In this document: positions 25,704 through 26,110 of the stretch, piece after piece | Position numbering within the stretch: the first letter of the stretch is position 1 | Layout: every line of letters starts with the position of its first letter | IMG/VR virus record: IMGVR_UViG_3300023241_000014 | Coordinates: 1 to 26,110 of that record | Source: a virus | Taxonomy: Duplodnaviria; Caudoviricetes | Strand: one strand, 5' to 3' | Length of the DNA stretch: 26,110 bases | The notes under the pieces: model-generated | The model's input: the letters and a program-made list of their open reading frames with translations, nothing else | Database searches by the model: none | What the model was told of the DNA's origin: nothing | Made by a program: the position numbers and the translations under genes

Positions 25704-26110
25704 ATGTCTGGTGGAGATTATTTACCAGGTGGGTTTGGGACGGTATCGTCTTTTAACTCTAATATACTGGACTCTTTTTGGGATGAGTATTGTGACGACT
25801 TGTTCTTAAAAGAACCCTCCCTGACAGGTCTGCTTGTTATGCTTGGAAATGTTCAATCCCATGCAGAAACAGATGACTATAAATTTGACTGGACTTCCTT
25901 CAAGGAACGTCCTCGATATGTAACCATCACAGTGAACGCAGCAGCAGGCGCAGGCAGTGCGGCAGTATTTACTGTCAGTACCGCTGATTACCTCAAGCTG
26001 TCAAAATCAAATGTGTTGTATGATCTTACCTCTGGTGAGAATTTTTATATCAGCGACACAAACACTTCTGAATCAGGAAGCGATCTTACCACCAACCAGT
26101 TCCTTGCATA
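25704..26110 (+). CDS. putative major capsid protein, 5' part (runs off the window)
   Basis: AGGAG RBS; open frame MSGGDYLPGGFG...EPSLTGLLVML...DYKFDW...PR, reminiscent of SU10/DUF5309-type capsids; position after the scaffold. Confidence 0.65.
   Translation, partial: MSGGDYLPGGFGTVSSFNSNILDSFWDEYCDDLFLKEPSLTGLLVMLGNVQSHAETDDYKFDWTSFKERPRYVTITVNAAAGAGSAAVFTVSTADYLKLSKSNVLYDLTSGENFYISDTNTSESGSDLTTNQFLA

Noticed and set aside
1-26110. tRNA, rRNA, integrase/att site, IS element, stop-codon recoding
   Set aside because: None recognised by eye; long genes are intact in the standard code and all three stop codons end genes.

Overview
A 26-kb segment of a tailed dsDNA phage or prophage (Caudoviricetes-like); the host cannot be determined from the sequence. 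Layout: (i) 1-3460, small rightward early-type genes with TTGAC promoters, intrinsic terminators and an AT-rich intergenic region containing a DnaA box. (ii) 3460-3920, a non-coding region with an abrupt purine-to-pyrimidine switch. (iii) ~3976-11965, a rightward accessory region. It holds intact genes (two cytosine-methyltransferase-type genes, pentapeptide-repeat and DUF551-like paralogues) among many spliced gene fragments. A radical-SAM-like gene is split and its halves are fused to a DnaC-like ATPase and a DUF5131-like protein. The two ends of an amino-methyltransferase bracket the block in permuted order, and there are ASCH-like and RusA-like remnants. (iv) 11962-15464, RusA, wHTH, SSB, a beta sliding clamp and a HExxH protein. 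(v) 19631-15557, a leftward operon: membrane and secreted proteins, class I SAM methyltransferase, T4-type lysozyme, PAPS-reductase-family protein and a replication-organiser-type protein. (vi) a divergent control region with tandem perfect DnaA boxes, then the small and large terminase, portal, scaffold and the start of the major capsid gene. All family assignments come from recalled motifs, not database searches. Several homopolymer frameshifts mean sequencing or assembly artefact must be excluded before the mosaic is interpreted.
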